Shown: piece by piece, positions 10,414 through 18,846 of the stretch
How the letters are laid out: every line of letters begins with the position of its first letter
Numbering within the stretch: position 1 is the first letter of the stretch
Source of the DNA: an uncultured Prevotella sp.
Lineage (GTDB): Bacteria; Bacteroidota; Bacteroidia; Bacteroidales; Bacteroidaceae
Direction of reading: 5' to 3'
NCBI GenBank assembly: GCA_900552675.1
Contig: USAI01000001.1
Span: 1 to 55,601 of the forward strand
Length of the DNA: 55,601 nt
Notes under the pieces: model-generated
The model's input: the letters and a program-made list of their open reading frames with translations, nothing else
Database searches by the model: none
Told to the model about the DNA's origin: nothing
Program-made: the position numbers and the translations under genes

Positions 10414-11112
10414 TTATTCGTCGGCGTTGTGGCACGTTCTGCATTTAGGCATGAAGCTGTAGGTGAGCGACAGCTGAAGGGCCGAGTAGCAGTCGGTGTT
10501 TTTAAACAGTCCTGAACTGGGAATGTTGTAGGGGTCGGTAGCGCCATCGAGGTTATCGCTTAGCGAGAAGTGTATGGCCCATTCAAGGCCCACGTTCAGG
10601 CGGGGTGCCACCTTATATTTTATGCCCAGTCCGATGGGTACGTTGGCGGTAAACACGCTTTTTGCGCCCTCGTTAGCCTTTGAGGCGAAGGTGGCGCCGA
10701 GGCCTCCGAAGATGAAGGGTGTGAGGCGTTTTGCCCCGCGATAGTCGCGCCCTGTGCCGTAAGGCCAGAAGTTGTATTCGTAGGTGAGGCTCATGTCGGT
10801 CACGCCACAACTGAAGGTGTAGGGCTTTCCGTCGTAGGCAGGATAATAGGTTGATGCGTTGTCGCTGCCCCCACTTATCTTGCCATATTGCACCGCCAGC
10901 CTAAATCCCATGAAGGGGTTGACGATGCGTCGGAGCATGACCGATGCCATAGGCTTCATGCCCGAGGCGATGCTGCCGTTGAAGTCGCCCTGATACGCCA
11001 TCATACCCACGCCCCCGCCTATCTCCATGCGGTATTGGTCGTCGGTCTGTGCTTGTGCTGTGCCCAGGCATAGCACCATGCACACGGTTGCTATGATGCG
11101 TGTGTAGAGCAT
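10414..11112 (-). CDS. porG: DUF6089-like outer-membrane beta-barrel protein (PorG-like)
   Basis: Signal peptide, YQGD, alternating beta-strands, DNLDG, C-terminal CxxC; position upstream of uppS-bamA as recalled for Porphyromonas; TAATG overlap with the upstream gene. Confidence 0.7.
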   Translation of the reverse strand: MLYTRIIATVCMVLCLGTAQAQTDDQYRMEIGGGVGMMAYQGDFNGSIASGMKPMASVMLRRIVNPFMGFRLAVQYGKISGGSDNASTYYPAYDGKPYTFSCGVTDMSLTYEYNFWPYGTGRDYRGAKRLTPFIFGGLGATFASKANEGAKSVFTANVPIGLGIKYKVAPRLNVGLEWAIHFSLSDNLDGATDPYNIPSSGLFKNTDCYSALQLSLTYSFMPKCRTCHNADE

Positions 11113-12554
11113 TATTTGTTTTTGTCGTCGCGCCATTCAAAGATGTCTTGGCGTTTGGCCCATCCCAGCCTGTTCAGGCGTCCGCGCCATACCTGTCCGC
11201 TGTTTCCGCATACCAGCCATACATAGTTGTTGGCATCGATGGTGAAGGCCAGGGCGTCGTCGCTGCTTTGGAAGCCGGTGGGCACGGTTACCACGGTGTC
11301 TTCTTGCCAGGTAAGGCCCTTGTCAGTGCTGTTCCAGAACATCTTGTGTGCTTGTTTCTTGCAAGCGCCCAGTCCTTTTCCGCCGAAGGCTACGAGGCCG
11401 AGGTCGCTATTTGCCATCTGAAGGTGTGCCAGACGTGGCAAGCGATATTTAGCTTGCGAGCCAGCGCCATAGTAGCAAATCCAGGGCTGAGTATTGTCAT
11501 TGGGGTCGATCACCTTTGTCCACACCACGTTTGCGGTGTCGGCGCTATATGTGTTAACGTCGCGGCTACCCTGCATGATAAGTCGGTAGCTGTCTTTGTT
11601 TGTTATCAGAGCCTGTGTGGCGCTGCTTATGTTTAGGCTGGGCAGGTAGGCTGCCTCGTCAGCGTCAATATCTTCTTTTGTCCAGGTTTGTCCGTTGTCG
11701 GCCGAGCTATTCAGGGCACCCTCAGCGTCATAGGCCACCAGCAGCTTAGTGCTGGCTGCCACCAGCTGCTTTTGTGTGGTAGCGGTCCAGGTCCAACTTT
11801 TCCCGTCGGTGGTGGCGTAGAGATAGCCGCCTGAGATGAACAGGGCATTCTCGCCATCGGTCATCAGGTTCTGATAAGCGTTGGCGTTGAGTGTGGCGGG
11901 TGTGGTTTGGCTCCAGTTTGAGCCATCGGCCGAGGTGTAGAGGCGTGTGGCGGTGCCATCGGTGCCAGCCAGCACCAACTGGTTATTAGGCAGTGCCACC
12001 ATGCGCATATCTTTCAGTGCGCTGATGCCCACCTCGGTGGTGTTGTTATTGAGCTTTGTCCACACAAATTTGTCGCCATCTTCCTTGTGCACGTTCAGCG
12101 TCACCTTATATCTATGATTTGAAAGGGTAGAGTTAGAGTAAACAATCAGTTCGCGCGGCTTGGTATAGTCGACGCTATCGGTAGACGAGAAAATGCGTGT
12201 GGTATCGCTGTCAACGTTCTTGATGCCCACCATTCCCGAGTTGCGTGTGCTTGCTGTGGCCAGCACTTTGGTGATGTCGCAACCCAAGGGCAGCGAGTCG
12301 GCATTGAAGATGCGTCCACCCAGGTGGTCGATGGTCATCTTCACCGAGCTGAAGTCAACGCTCTTCACATACGAGCTATCGCGCAGCCCATCTTTGGTTT
12401 TGCAAAAGAACGTTTGGTTGATGTTTCCCAATGTAAAAGCGGTAATGGCTGCATCGTCGTCGTACACGAAATCGTTGTCTGAATTGAGGCATGAGGTGCA
12501 CAAAACAGCACTTGCCAAGAGCATTACAATAGAGAATATGTTTCTTTTCATCAT
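11112..12554 (-). CDS. DUF6242-like lipoprotein (probable Bacteroidota BAM-associated lipoprotein)
   Basis: Lipobox CTSC followed by an acidic export signal, IFNADSLP motif, BNR-like repeats (SADGSNW, STDKGLTW), VWRGRLNRLGW; first gene of the bamA operon. Confidence 0.75.
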   Translation of the reverse strand: MMKRNIFSIVMLLASAVLCTSCLNSDNDFVYDDDAAITAFTLGNINQTFFCKTKDGLRDSSYVKSVDFSSVKMTIDHLGGRIFNADSLPLGCDITKVLATASTRNSGMVGIKNVDSDTTRIFSSTDSVDYTKPRELIVYSNSTLSNHRYKVTLNVHKEDGDKFVWTKLNNNTTEVGISALKDMRMVALPNNQLVLAGTDGTATRLYTSADGSNWSQTTPATLNANAYQNLMTDGENALFISGGYLYATTDGKSWTWTATTQKQLVAASTKLLVAYDAEGALNSSADNGQTWTKEDIDADEAAYLPSLNISSATQALITNKDSYRLIMQGSRDVNTYSADTANVVWTKVIDPNDNTQPWICYYGAGSQAKYRLPRLAHLQMANSDLGLVAFGGKGLGACKKQAHKMFWNSTDKGLTWQEDTVVTVPTGFQSSDDALAFTIDANNYVWLVCGNSGQVWRGRLNRLGWAKRQDIFEWRDDKNK

Positions 12555-12577
12555 TCTGTCGTCGTTGTTTTTAGGTG

Positions 12578-12585
12578 CAAATTTA
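12578..12585 (-). promoter_or_regulatory. Bacteroidota -7 promoter box (TAAATTTG) for the bamA operon
   Basis: Matches TAnnTTTG about 25 nt upstream of the start codon. Confidence 0.65.
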
Positions 12586-12712
12586 GTCAGAATTCCGCAA
12601 ATAGCGGTCGTTTTGTCATTTTATTATGCAAATTAAAGCAGAAAAGTATTATTTTTAAGTTTGTTTAGTGTTTAATGTATTGAACCTAATGGCTATATAC
12701 GCCTATGGGCAT

Positions 12713-12748
12713 AAAAAAAGGACGACACGATCACTCGCGCCGGCCTTC
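12713..12748 (-). terminator. Intrinsic terminator of the small transcript
   Basis: AAGG-C-CGGCGCGA-GTGA-TCGTGTCG-T-CCTT followed by a U-tract on the minus strand. Confidence 0.75.
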
Positions 12749-12760
12749 CAAAGAATAATG

Positions 12761-12856
12761 TTAACGCACGTTGGTATTTACAAGAGCGAAAACGCTCAGG
12801 AGGGTTACGATTGCAACACCTACCAACACTGCGGATGTTTCAAAGTCTAATAACAT
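12761..12856 (-). CDS. Putative 31-aa single-TM small protein MLLDFETSAVLVGVAIVTLLSVFALVNTNVR
   Basis: Hand-translated ATG..TAA ORF with A at -3, flanked by its own promoter box and terminator; about 19-residue hydrophobic stretch. Confidence 0.6.
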   Translation of the reverse strand: MLLDFETSAVLVGVAIVTLLSVFALVNTNVR

Positions 12857-12924
12857 AATCTTTACCTTAAATCTATCAAACTACTAACCTAATGAAAAAA
12901 CGTTGTATTCTCACGAACACATTG

Positions 12925-12932
12925 CAAAGTTA
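12925..12932 (-). promoter_or_regulatory. -7 promoter box TAACTTTG for the small RNA/sORF unit
   Basis: Perfect TAnnTTTG in an AT-rich context, followed by a 5' hairpin GTGTTC-GTGA-GAATAC. Confidence 0.7.
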
Positions 12933-13177
12933 ATGTATCGATATTAAAAATAATGTGTGAAATTAATAGTTTTTTGTGTGAAAAAGTTATTAATTGATTT
13001 ATATCAGTTTCAATGGATATCACATTTTGCTTTGCGCACATGCGTGGTAATTGTGCAAGAAAGGGGCTGAGGCAAAAAGTGTGAGGAGGGGTGTGGAAAA
13101 AGGGGCGTGGCGGTGTATAGCGGTGTATAAGATGTGTATGTATAACGATGCGTGGAGGTGTATGGCGGCGTATAACG

Positions 13178-13218
13178 CAAAAGAGGCAGCCACTCTTTCG
13201 AGCTGCTGCCTCTTTTTA
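13178..13218. terminator. Bidirectional-type terminator downstream of tRNA-Gln
   Basis: AAAAGAGGCAGC...GCTGCCTCTTTT inverted repeat. Confidence 0.75.
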
Positions 13219-13224
13219 TGAATG

Positions 13225-13295
13225 TTGTCCTAGGCGGATTCGAACCACCACAAACAGAACCAAAACCTGTTGTGCTACCATTACACCATAGGACA
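13225..13295 (-). tRNA. tRNA-Gln (TTG)
   Basis: TGTCCTA/TAGGACA acceptor stem, D-loop TGGTGTAATGG, anticodon loop TT-TTG-GT, GGTTCGAATCC; promoter box TACCTTTG at 13358-13365. Confidence 0.95.
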
Positions 13296-13412
13296 AACAT
13301 ATCGTTGTGTTAGGTATGAACCGCTGTTTAGCGACCCTCCTTCGCACAATTCGACTGCAAAGGTAATGCTTTTTCTGGGATTACCAAAATTTTTTGCGGT
13401 TTTTTCTTTTGA

Positions 13413-13600
13413 AGGCCTTTTGGGCGGAGAAGGGTTACAGGGTCTTTCTAAGCCTTCCTAAGCCGAGAGAGACTGGAGGATGATAAGCCTTTCTATGCCT
13501 TTCTAAGCCTTCCTAAGCCGAGAGAGACTGGAGTGAAGCAGGAGGGTGTGAGAGCCGCAAAGCTATAGGATTTTTCACTTTTCACTCTTCCTTTTTCCCT
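13413..13600. repeat. Composite family A+B repeat, copy 2
   Basis: TAAGCC iterations, duplicated TAAGCCGAGAGAGACTGGAG, core at 13550. Confidence 0.88.
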
Positions 13601-13605
13601 ACCTC

Positions 13606-15300
13606 CTACGCCTCTGGCTTTCTGGTTCCCATTCTTGCCTCCACCACGTTCACCACGTAGTCGCCCAGTTTTTCGCACTCGCTAATCATGTCCATATACA
13701 TGGTGCCGATGGCGTAGTCGTATTTGTGGTCGTTTACGTCATTAATGTTTTGGCTCTTCAGTTGGTTGCGATAGTTGTTAATTTCGTTTTCAATGTTAAA
13801 CGAGCGGTTTGCATCGCAGTTTTCGCGGCGGCCTGTGAGCAGCACGTTCATCTGTGTGAGCGAGTCGTCGGTCAACTCAAACATTTGGTGTAGGTGCTCG
13901 TATTGCTGTTCGGTGAAGTCTTCTTTGCCTTTCATCTTGCGGTTGATGGTGCGTGCAATGTTGTAGCAGCTGTCGCCAATGCTCTCTATCTCGCTAATCT
14001 CGCGCAACATAGCACGTATCTTAGCCTTTGTTTCGTCAGAGAGGTGTGCATCGCTCACATCGTTCAGATAGTTGGCAATCTCAATCTCCATGTTATCGCT
14101 AATGCTCTCATACTTTTCAATGCGAGCGTATAGCTTTGTGAAGGCGGCATCGTCTTTCACGCCCAGCAGTTCGCGCACCATGGTAAACATGCGCTGTATG
14201 CGCTCGGCAAACGACTGTATCTCTTTTTGAGCCTCCAGCACCGAGAGTTCAGGTGTTTTCATGATGCTGTTGCCCCCGATGTAGCGCAGGCGGAAGTCGT
14301 CTTCCTCGTCTTTGGTGCGTGGCTTGATGAGGTAGCACACCAGGCGCTCCATTTGTGGGATAAACCATATCAGTATGCAGGTGTTGCACACGTTAAAGCA
14401 GGTGTGGAAGGCGGCCAGCACTACCGATAGGCGTGCAACGTCGATATGGTTGGCATGAGGGTCGACACCCACAAATCCGCACACCATGTCGATGAAGGGA
14501 TAGAAGCCACACAGCACCCACAACACGCCAAATACGTTGAAGGTGAGGTGAGCCATGGCGGCGCGTCGAGCCTGTGTGTTGGCGCCCATGGCTGCGATGT
14601 TTGAGGTGATGGTGGTGCCAATATTCTCGCCCAGCACCAGCGCTATACCCATATATATGGGCAGCACACCGCTCGAGCACAGCACCATGGTGATGGCCAT
14701 GAGGGCTGCCGACGACTGCATACAGAAGGTGAGCACCGTGCCTATGCCGAGGAACGAGAAGATGGTGATATAACTGTCTTTGTTAAACGACGCAAAGAAG
14801 TCGATAACAGCTTGGTTATGGCTGAGGTCCATTTCCTTGCCCGTGGCGCCGAGGGTGGAAATAGCGAAAAACATAAAAGCTACGCCAAAGAGAAAATCGC
14901 CTATGTAGTGGTGCTTACGTGTATAGATAAGTAGCAGGGCGATGAAGAATGCCGGGAACACAAGGTTCGCCATATTAAACGAGAAGCCCAGCGTCATGAT
15001 CCATGCTGTAAACGTGGTGCCAATGTTGGCGCCCATAATTACAGAGATGGCTTGTGCCAGTGTGAGCAGTCCGGCGTTCACAAACGATACGGTCATTACC
15101 GTCGTAGCTGTCGACGACTGCACGGAGGCCGTTACAAACATACCGGTCAGCAGACCAGTGAAGCGGTTGGTGGTCATGGCTCCAAGGATATGGCGCAGCT
15201 GCGAGCCCGCCATCTTCTGTAACGCTTCGCTCATGACCTTCATGCCATAGATAAGTAGCGCTAATGAGCCAATAATCTTAAAAATTATCCAAATCGACAT
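13606..15300 (-). CDS. Na/Pi cotransporter family protein with PhoU-like C-terminal domain
   Basis: Two QSS...GANIGTT/GENIGTT repeats; C-terminal E.IGD and EKLGD helical bundle. Confidence 0.92.
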   Translation of the reverse strand: MSIWIIFKIIGSLALLIYGMKVMSEALQKMAGSQLRHILGAMTTNRFTGLLTGMFVTASVQSSTATTVMTVSFVNAGLLTLAQAISVIMGANIGTTFTAWIMTLGFSFNMANLVFPAFFIALLLIYTRKHHYIGDFLFGVAFMFFAISTLGATGKEMDLSHNQAVIDFFASFNKDSYITIFSFLGIGTVLTFCMQSSAALMAITMVLCSSGVLPIYMGIALVLGENIGTTITSNIAAMGANTQARRAAMAHLTFNVFGVLWVLCGFYPFIDMVCGFVGVDPHANHIDVARLSVVLAAFHTCFNVCNTCILIWFIPQMERLVCYLIKPRTKDEEDDFRLRYIGGNSIMKTPELSVLEAQKEIQSFAERIQRMFTMVRELLGVKDDAAFTKLYARIEKYESISDNMEIEIANYLNDVSDAHLSDETKAKIRAMLREISEIESIGDSCYNIARTINRKMKGKEDFTEQQYEHLHQMFELTDDSLTQMNVLLTGRRENCDANRSFNIENEINNYRNQLKSQNINDVNDHKYDYAIGTMYMDMISECEKLGDYVVNVVEARMGTRKPEA

Positions 15301-15464
15301 ATTTTTGTTTAATTTGTTTCTTCTTCGTAAGTGCTTGTCGAAAATAAGGTGTATCTTTACAACCGCAACCCGAGGGTTGCCTTCAGCACGCCTTCGTCTA
15401 TTGGTTGCCTATACATTATTATACATTATTATATATATACTAACGCTGTAAATACGTCAACGCA

Positions 15465-17126
15465 ATGAAACAGATAATACAAATTCGCTGCAAAAATAAT
15501 AAAAAAACTTTAAATGTAGAAATTGGAAGCACACTTTCTGATGTTTTTGCAAAATTAAATTTTGAGATGCCTTACGGCCCCATTAGTGCCAAGGTAAACA
15601 ATAAGGTAGAGGGGATGAACTTTCGCCTCTATCACAACAAAGACATCGAGTTTTTAGATATGTATTCGTCGTCGGGGTCGCGTGCCTACACCCGTTCGCT
15701 GTTCTTTGTGCTGTGCAAGGCCGTGCACGACCTGTATCCTGAGGGCAGCGTGGTAATCGACATTCCGGTGTCGAACGGCTACTACTGCGACCTGCAGATA
15801 GGGCAACCCGTTACCGCCGACGTGTGCAACCGCCTGCGCCAGCGCATGCACGACATTATCAGTGCCACCATACCCATACGCCGCCACGAGGCACCTACCG
15901 AGCAGGTTATCAGCATGTTTCAGAAGTTGGGTACCCACTCAAAGGTGGAGTTGTTGCGCACCACGGGTCGTCTCTACACGGTGTATTATGATATTGATGG
16001 ATACGTAGACTATTTTTACGGCACGTTGCTCACCAACACATCGCAGCTATACCTCTTTGGCCTCGAGCCTTATTATGATGGCTTGCTGCTGCGCATACCG
16101 TCGCCACAAAACCCCGCCGTGCTGGGCGAGATGGTGCGACAAGACAAGATGTTCGACATCTTTAAGGAGCACCACCGCTGGCAAGACATCTTGGGCATGG
16201 GCACCGTGGGCATGTTTAACGCAGCCGTGAAGGCGGGCCATGCTAACGACATTATCAACGTGTCAGAGGCGCTGCAAGAGAAGAAGATAGCGCACATAGC
16301 CGAACAGATAGCCGACCGCAAGGGCGTGAAGATGGTGCTCATTGCTGGCCCCTCGTCGTCGGGCAAGACCACTACGTGCAAACGTCTTAGCATACAGCTG
16401 CTTACCTGTGGCATACGCCCTGTGCCCATCTCGCTAGACGACTATTTTGTTGACCGCCACAAGACGCCCCTCGACGCCAAGGGCGACTACGACTATGAGC
16501 ACCTGCACGCCCTGAACCTGCCGCTCTTGAACAGTCAGCTTGAGGCGCTGTTCCGTGGCGACGAGGTAGAGCTGCCGCGCTACAACTTTGCCGAAGGGCG
16601 TTCAGAGAAGAGTGGGCACCGCCTGCGCTTGCAGCCTAACGATGTGCTGGTGGTTGAGGGTATTCATGCCTTGAACCCCGAGCTCACGGCACAAATTCCT
16701 GACGAGCAGAAGTTTCGTGTGTATGCCTCGGCGCTTACCACCATCTTGCTCGACTCGCACAACTATATCCCCACCACCGATAACCGCCTGTTGCGCCGCA
16801 TCATACGCGATTATAAATATCGTGGCTGCTCGGCCGAAGACACCATACGGCGCTGGCCCAGCGTGCGTGCTGGCGAGAACAAATGGATATTTCCGTATCA
16901 AGAAAATGCTGATGTGATGTTTAACACGGCTATGCTGTACGAGCTGGCGGCCATCAAGAAGCAGGCCGAGCCTATTCTTGAAAATGTGCCCGAGAATAGC
17001 GACACCTATGCCGAGGCTTACCGTCTGCGTAAGTTCTTGCGCTACTTCTCGTCTATCGACTACGACACGTTGCCGCCCACCTCGCTCTTACGCGAATTCC
17101 TCGGTGGAAGCTCGTTTACCTATTAA
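15465..17126 (+). CDS. Uridine kinase-like nucleoside kinase with ThrRS-like N-terminal domain
   Basis: AGPSSSGKTT P-loop, ISLDDYF, VEGIHALNP, TTDNRLLRRIIRD; N-terminal TGS/ThrRS-like region. Confidence 0.88.
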   Translation: MKQIIQIRCKNNKKTLNVEIGSTLSDVFAKLNFEMPYGPISAKVNNKVEGMNFRLYHNKDIEFLDMYSSSGSRAYTRSLFFVLCKAVHDLYPEGSVVIDIPVSNGYYCDLQIGQPVTADVCNRLRQRMHDIISATIPIRRHEAPTEQVISMFQKLGTHSKVELLRTTGRLYTVYYDIDGYVDYFYGTLLTNTSQLYLFGLEPYYDGLLLRIPSPQNPAVLGEMVRQDKMFDIFKEHHRWQDILGMGTVGMFNAAVKAGHANDIINVSEALQEKKIAHIAEQIADRKGVKMVLIAGPSSSGKTTTCKRLSIQLLTCGIRPVPISLDDYFVDRHKTPLDAKGDYDYEHLHALNLPLLNSQLEALFRGDEVELPRYNFAEGRSEKSGHRLRLQPNDVLVVEGIHALNPELTAQIPDEQKFRVYASALTTILLDSHNYIPTTDNRLLRRIIRDYKYRGCSAEDTIRRWPSVRAGENKWIFPYQENADVMFNTAMLYELAAIKKQAEPILENVPENSDTYAEAYRLRKFLRYFSSIDYDTLPPTSLLREFLGGSSFTY

Positions 17127-17161
17127 AAGAAATTAGAAGGGGGGATGCTACTTCAAAGAAA

Positions 17162-18841
17162 TTAGAACGGCACTACCGAGTTGAAGGTCAGCGGTTTGCC
17201 GCTTACGGGATGCGTGAAACAAAGTTGGGCTGCGTGCAAACACAGCCTCTTGCTTGGCGTGGGCGCTATGCCTCTGCCATACAGCGGGTCGCCAGCGATG
17301 GGGCATCCCAGCCCATCGGGGTGCGCACAGTGCACCCTCAGTTGGTGTGTGCGCCCTGTAAGCGGCCATAAACTAATGTGTTGCAGCCCGTTCTCGATAT
17401 GTCCCAGTGCAAAGTGGCTGACAGCTGTTTTGCCGTTAATAGGGTCAACCACCTGTAACGGTCGGTTGTAGGGGTCGGGCCTGAGAGACAGACTGATGCT
17501 CTGCTTTTGCCAGTCGACGGCAGCCCCATGCTGTTGCACCACGCCACTGAGCAGCGCCTCGTAACGTTTCTTCACCGTGTGCTTTAAAAACTGTGTTTGC
17601 AGTGCGCGCTGTGCCGCTTGGGTGCGAGCAAACACCAGCAGTCCGCTGGTGTCCATATCAAGGCGGTGCACTACGGCTGTTACCTCGGCAGGTATGTTAA
17701 ACTGTTGGCGTACAAACTGTTCGGCCGACAGTCGGTTTTCATCTTTCCCCGGCACGCTTAGCATGCCTGCAGGCTTGTCTATCACCACGATGCTATCATC
17801 GGCATACAGCACGGTGGGCATATCGTGGGTGCGCTCGGCCGATCGGTCGGGCTCTACGTCCAATCCTTGCAGCATAAACGGTAGTATGGGTCGGCACTTG
17901 CTCTGACAGGCAGGATAATAATGCCCTAGCTGCCGTAGGTAGTCGTTTGAGGGTGGCCCCCACCAAAATTCGGCTATGGCCAGCGGCTGCAGCCCATGCT
18001 TATAGGCATATTGTAGTAGTTTGGGTGCGCAGCAGTCGCCTGCGCCAGCTGGTGGCAGTTGGTCCGTTTCTTCGGCAAAGAGGTCGAGCAGCGTGCGCGT
18101 TTCGCCCCGCGCGTTGCACACCTTGTATTGCGTAAAGAGCCATTGCTGCAAGGCTTCGCTCTCGCGTCGGCGGTCGTCGCGCAAGGTTTTTAGTTGGTCT
18201 TCATATTCAGAAAGCGCCTGTCTGGCAACCATCGTGTTGTCAGACAGGCGTTTTTTTATGCGGCGCAGTTCGGCCTTGTCATATTGGCTCTCGTGCACCA
18301 TGGCTTGCAGTTCGGCCTCGCTCAGTGCGGTGCCCGCCAGCTCGGCCTCCTGTCGGCGCTCGTTGCGCTGGGCTTTGCGGCAGCGCAGGGCCTCTCGAGC
18401 CTCGCACAGTTGTGCCTCGGCATTGTGCTCGGCGCTGGCAAGTGCGGCTTTCGCCTGAAGGTAGGCATCGCTACGTTCTACGCTGGCTATCAGGTTGCTA
18501 AGGTGCGATATATGTCGCTCGCTCACCTTAAAATGGCCATCGGGCTGCTGTGCGTCGAACACGGGCGGCACAAACCACGGCCAGTTGTTTCGGCCTGAGA
18601 GCAACCCCGAATAGGCAGCCACAAAGCCTCGTTCGCCAGTGGTGGTGCGCACCACCAGCACCCCAAACATCTTGCCCTGGTGTTCCAGGTCCATGAGCTG
18701 GGGTGTGGTGTCGAGATAGTGTTGTACGGCGGCCGCCGCCTCGATGCACAGACTGTGCGGTGTGTAACAGAACGGGTTGTTCATGCGCACGGGGTCGGGC
18801 ACAGCGGGGTGGTGCAATGGGTGTAGGCAGTCGTCAATCAT
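17162..18841 (-). CDS. trcP: Long RluA-family pseudouridine synthase with N-terminal deaminase-like and helical domains (TrcP-like)
   Basis: C-terminal KPAGMLS, HRLDMDTSG, TGRTHQLRVH; N-terminal GKMFGVLVV, long coiled coil, DCCAPKLLQYA and PACQSKC cysteine motifs. Confidence 0.75.
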   Translation of the reverse strand: MIDDCLHPLHHPAVPDPVRMNNPFCYTPHSLCIEAAAAVQHYLDTTPQLMDLEHQGKMFGVLVVRTTTGERGFVAAYSGLLSGRNNWPWFVPPVFDAQQPDGHFKVSERHISHLSNLIASVERSDAYLQAKAALASAEHNAEAQLCEAREALRCRKAQRNERRQEAELAGTALSEAELQAMVHESQYDKAELRRIKKRLSDNTMVARQALSEYEDQLKTLRDDRRRESEALQQWLFTQYKVCNARGETRTLLDLFAEETDQLPPAGAGDCCAPKLLQYAYKHGLQPLAIAEFWWGPPSNDYLRQLGHYYPACQSKCRPILPFMLQGLDVEPDRSAERTHDMPTVLYADDSIVVIDKPAGMLSVPGKDENRLSAEQFVRQQFNIPAEVTAVVHRLDMDTSGLLVFARTQAAQRALQTQFLKHTVKKRYEALLSGVVQQHGAAVDWQKQSISLSLRPDPYNRPLQVVDPINGKTAVSHFALGHIENGLQHISLWPLTGRTHQLRVHCAHPDGLGCPIAGDPLYGRGIAPTPSKRLCLHAAQLCFTHPVSGKPLTFNSVVPF

Positions 18842-18846
18842 ATTTT

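Noticed and set aside
13225..13295. Integrative element at a tRNA 3' end
   Set aside because: No integrase, and no duplicated tRNA 3' fragment seen for any of the three tRNAs
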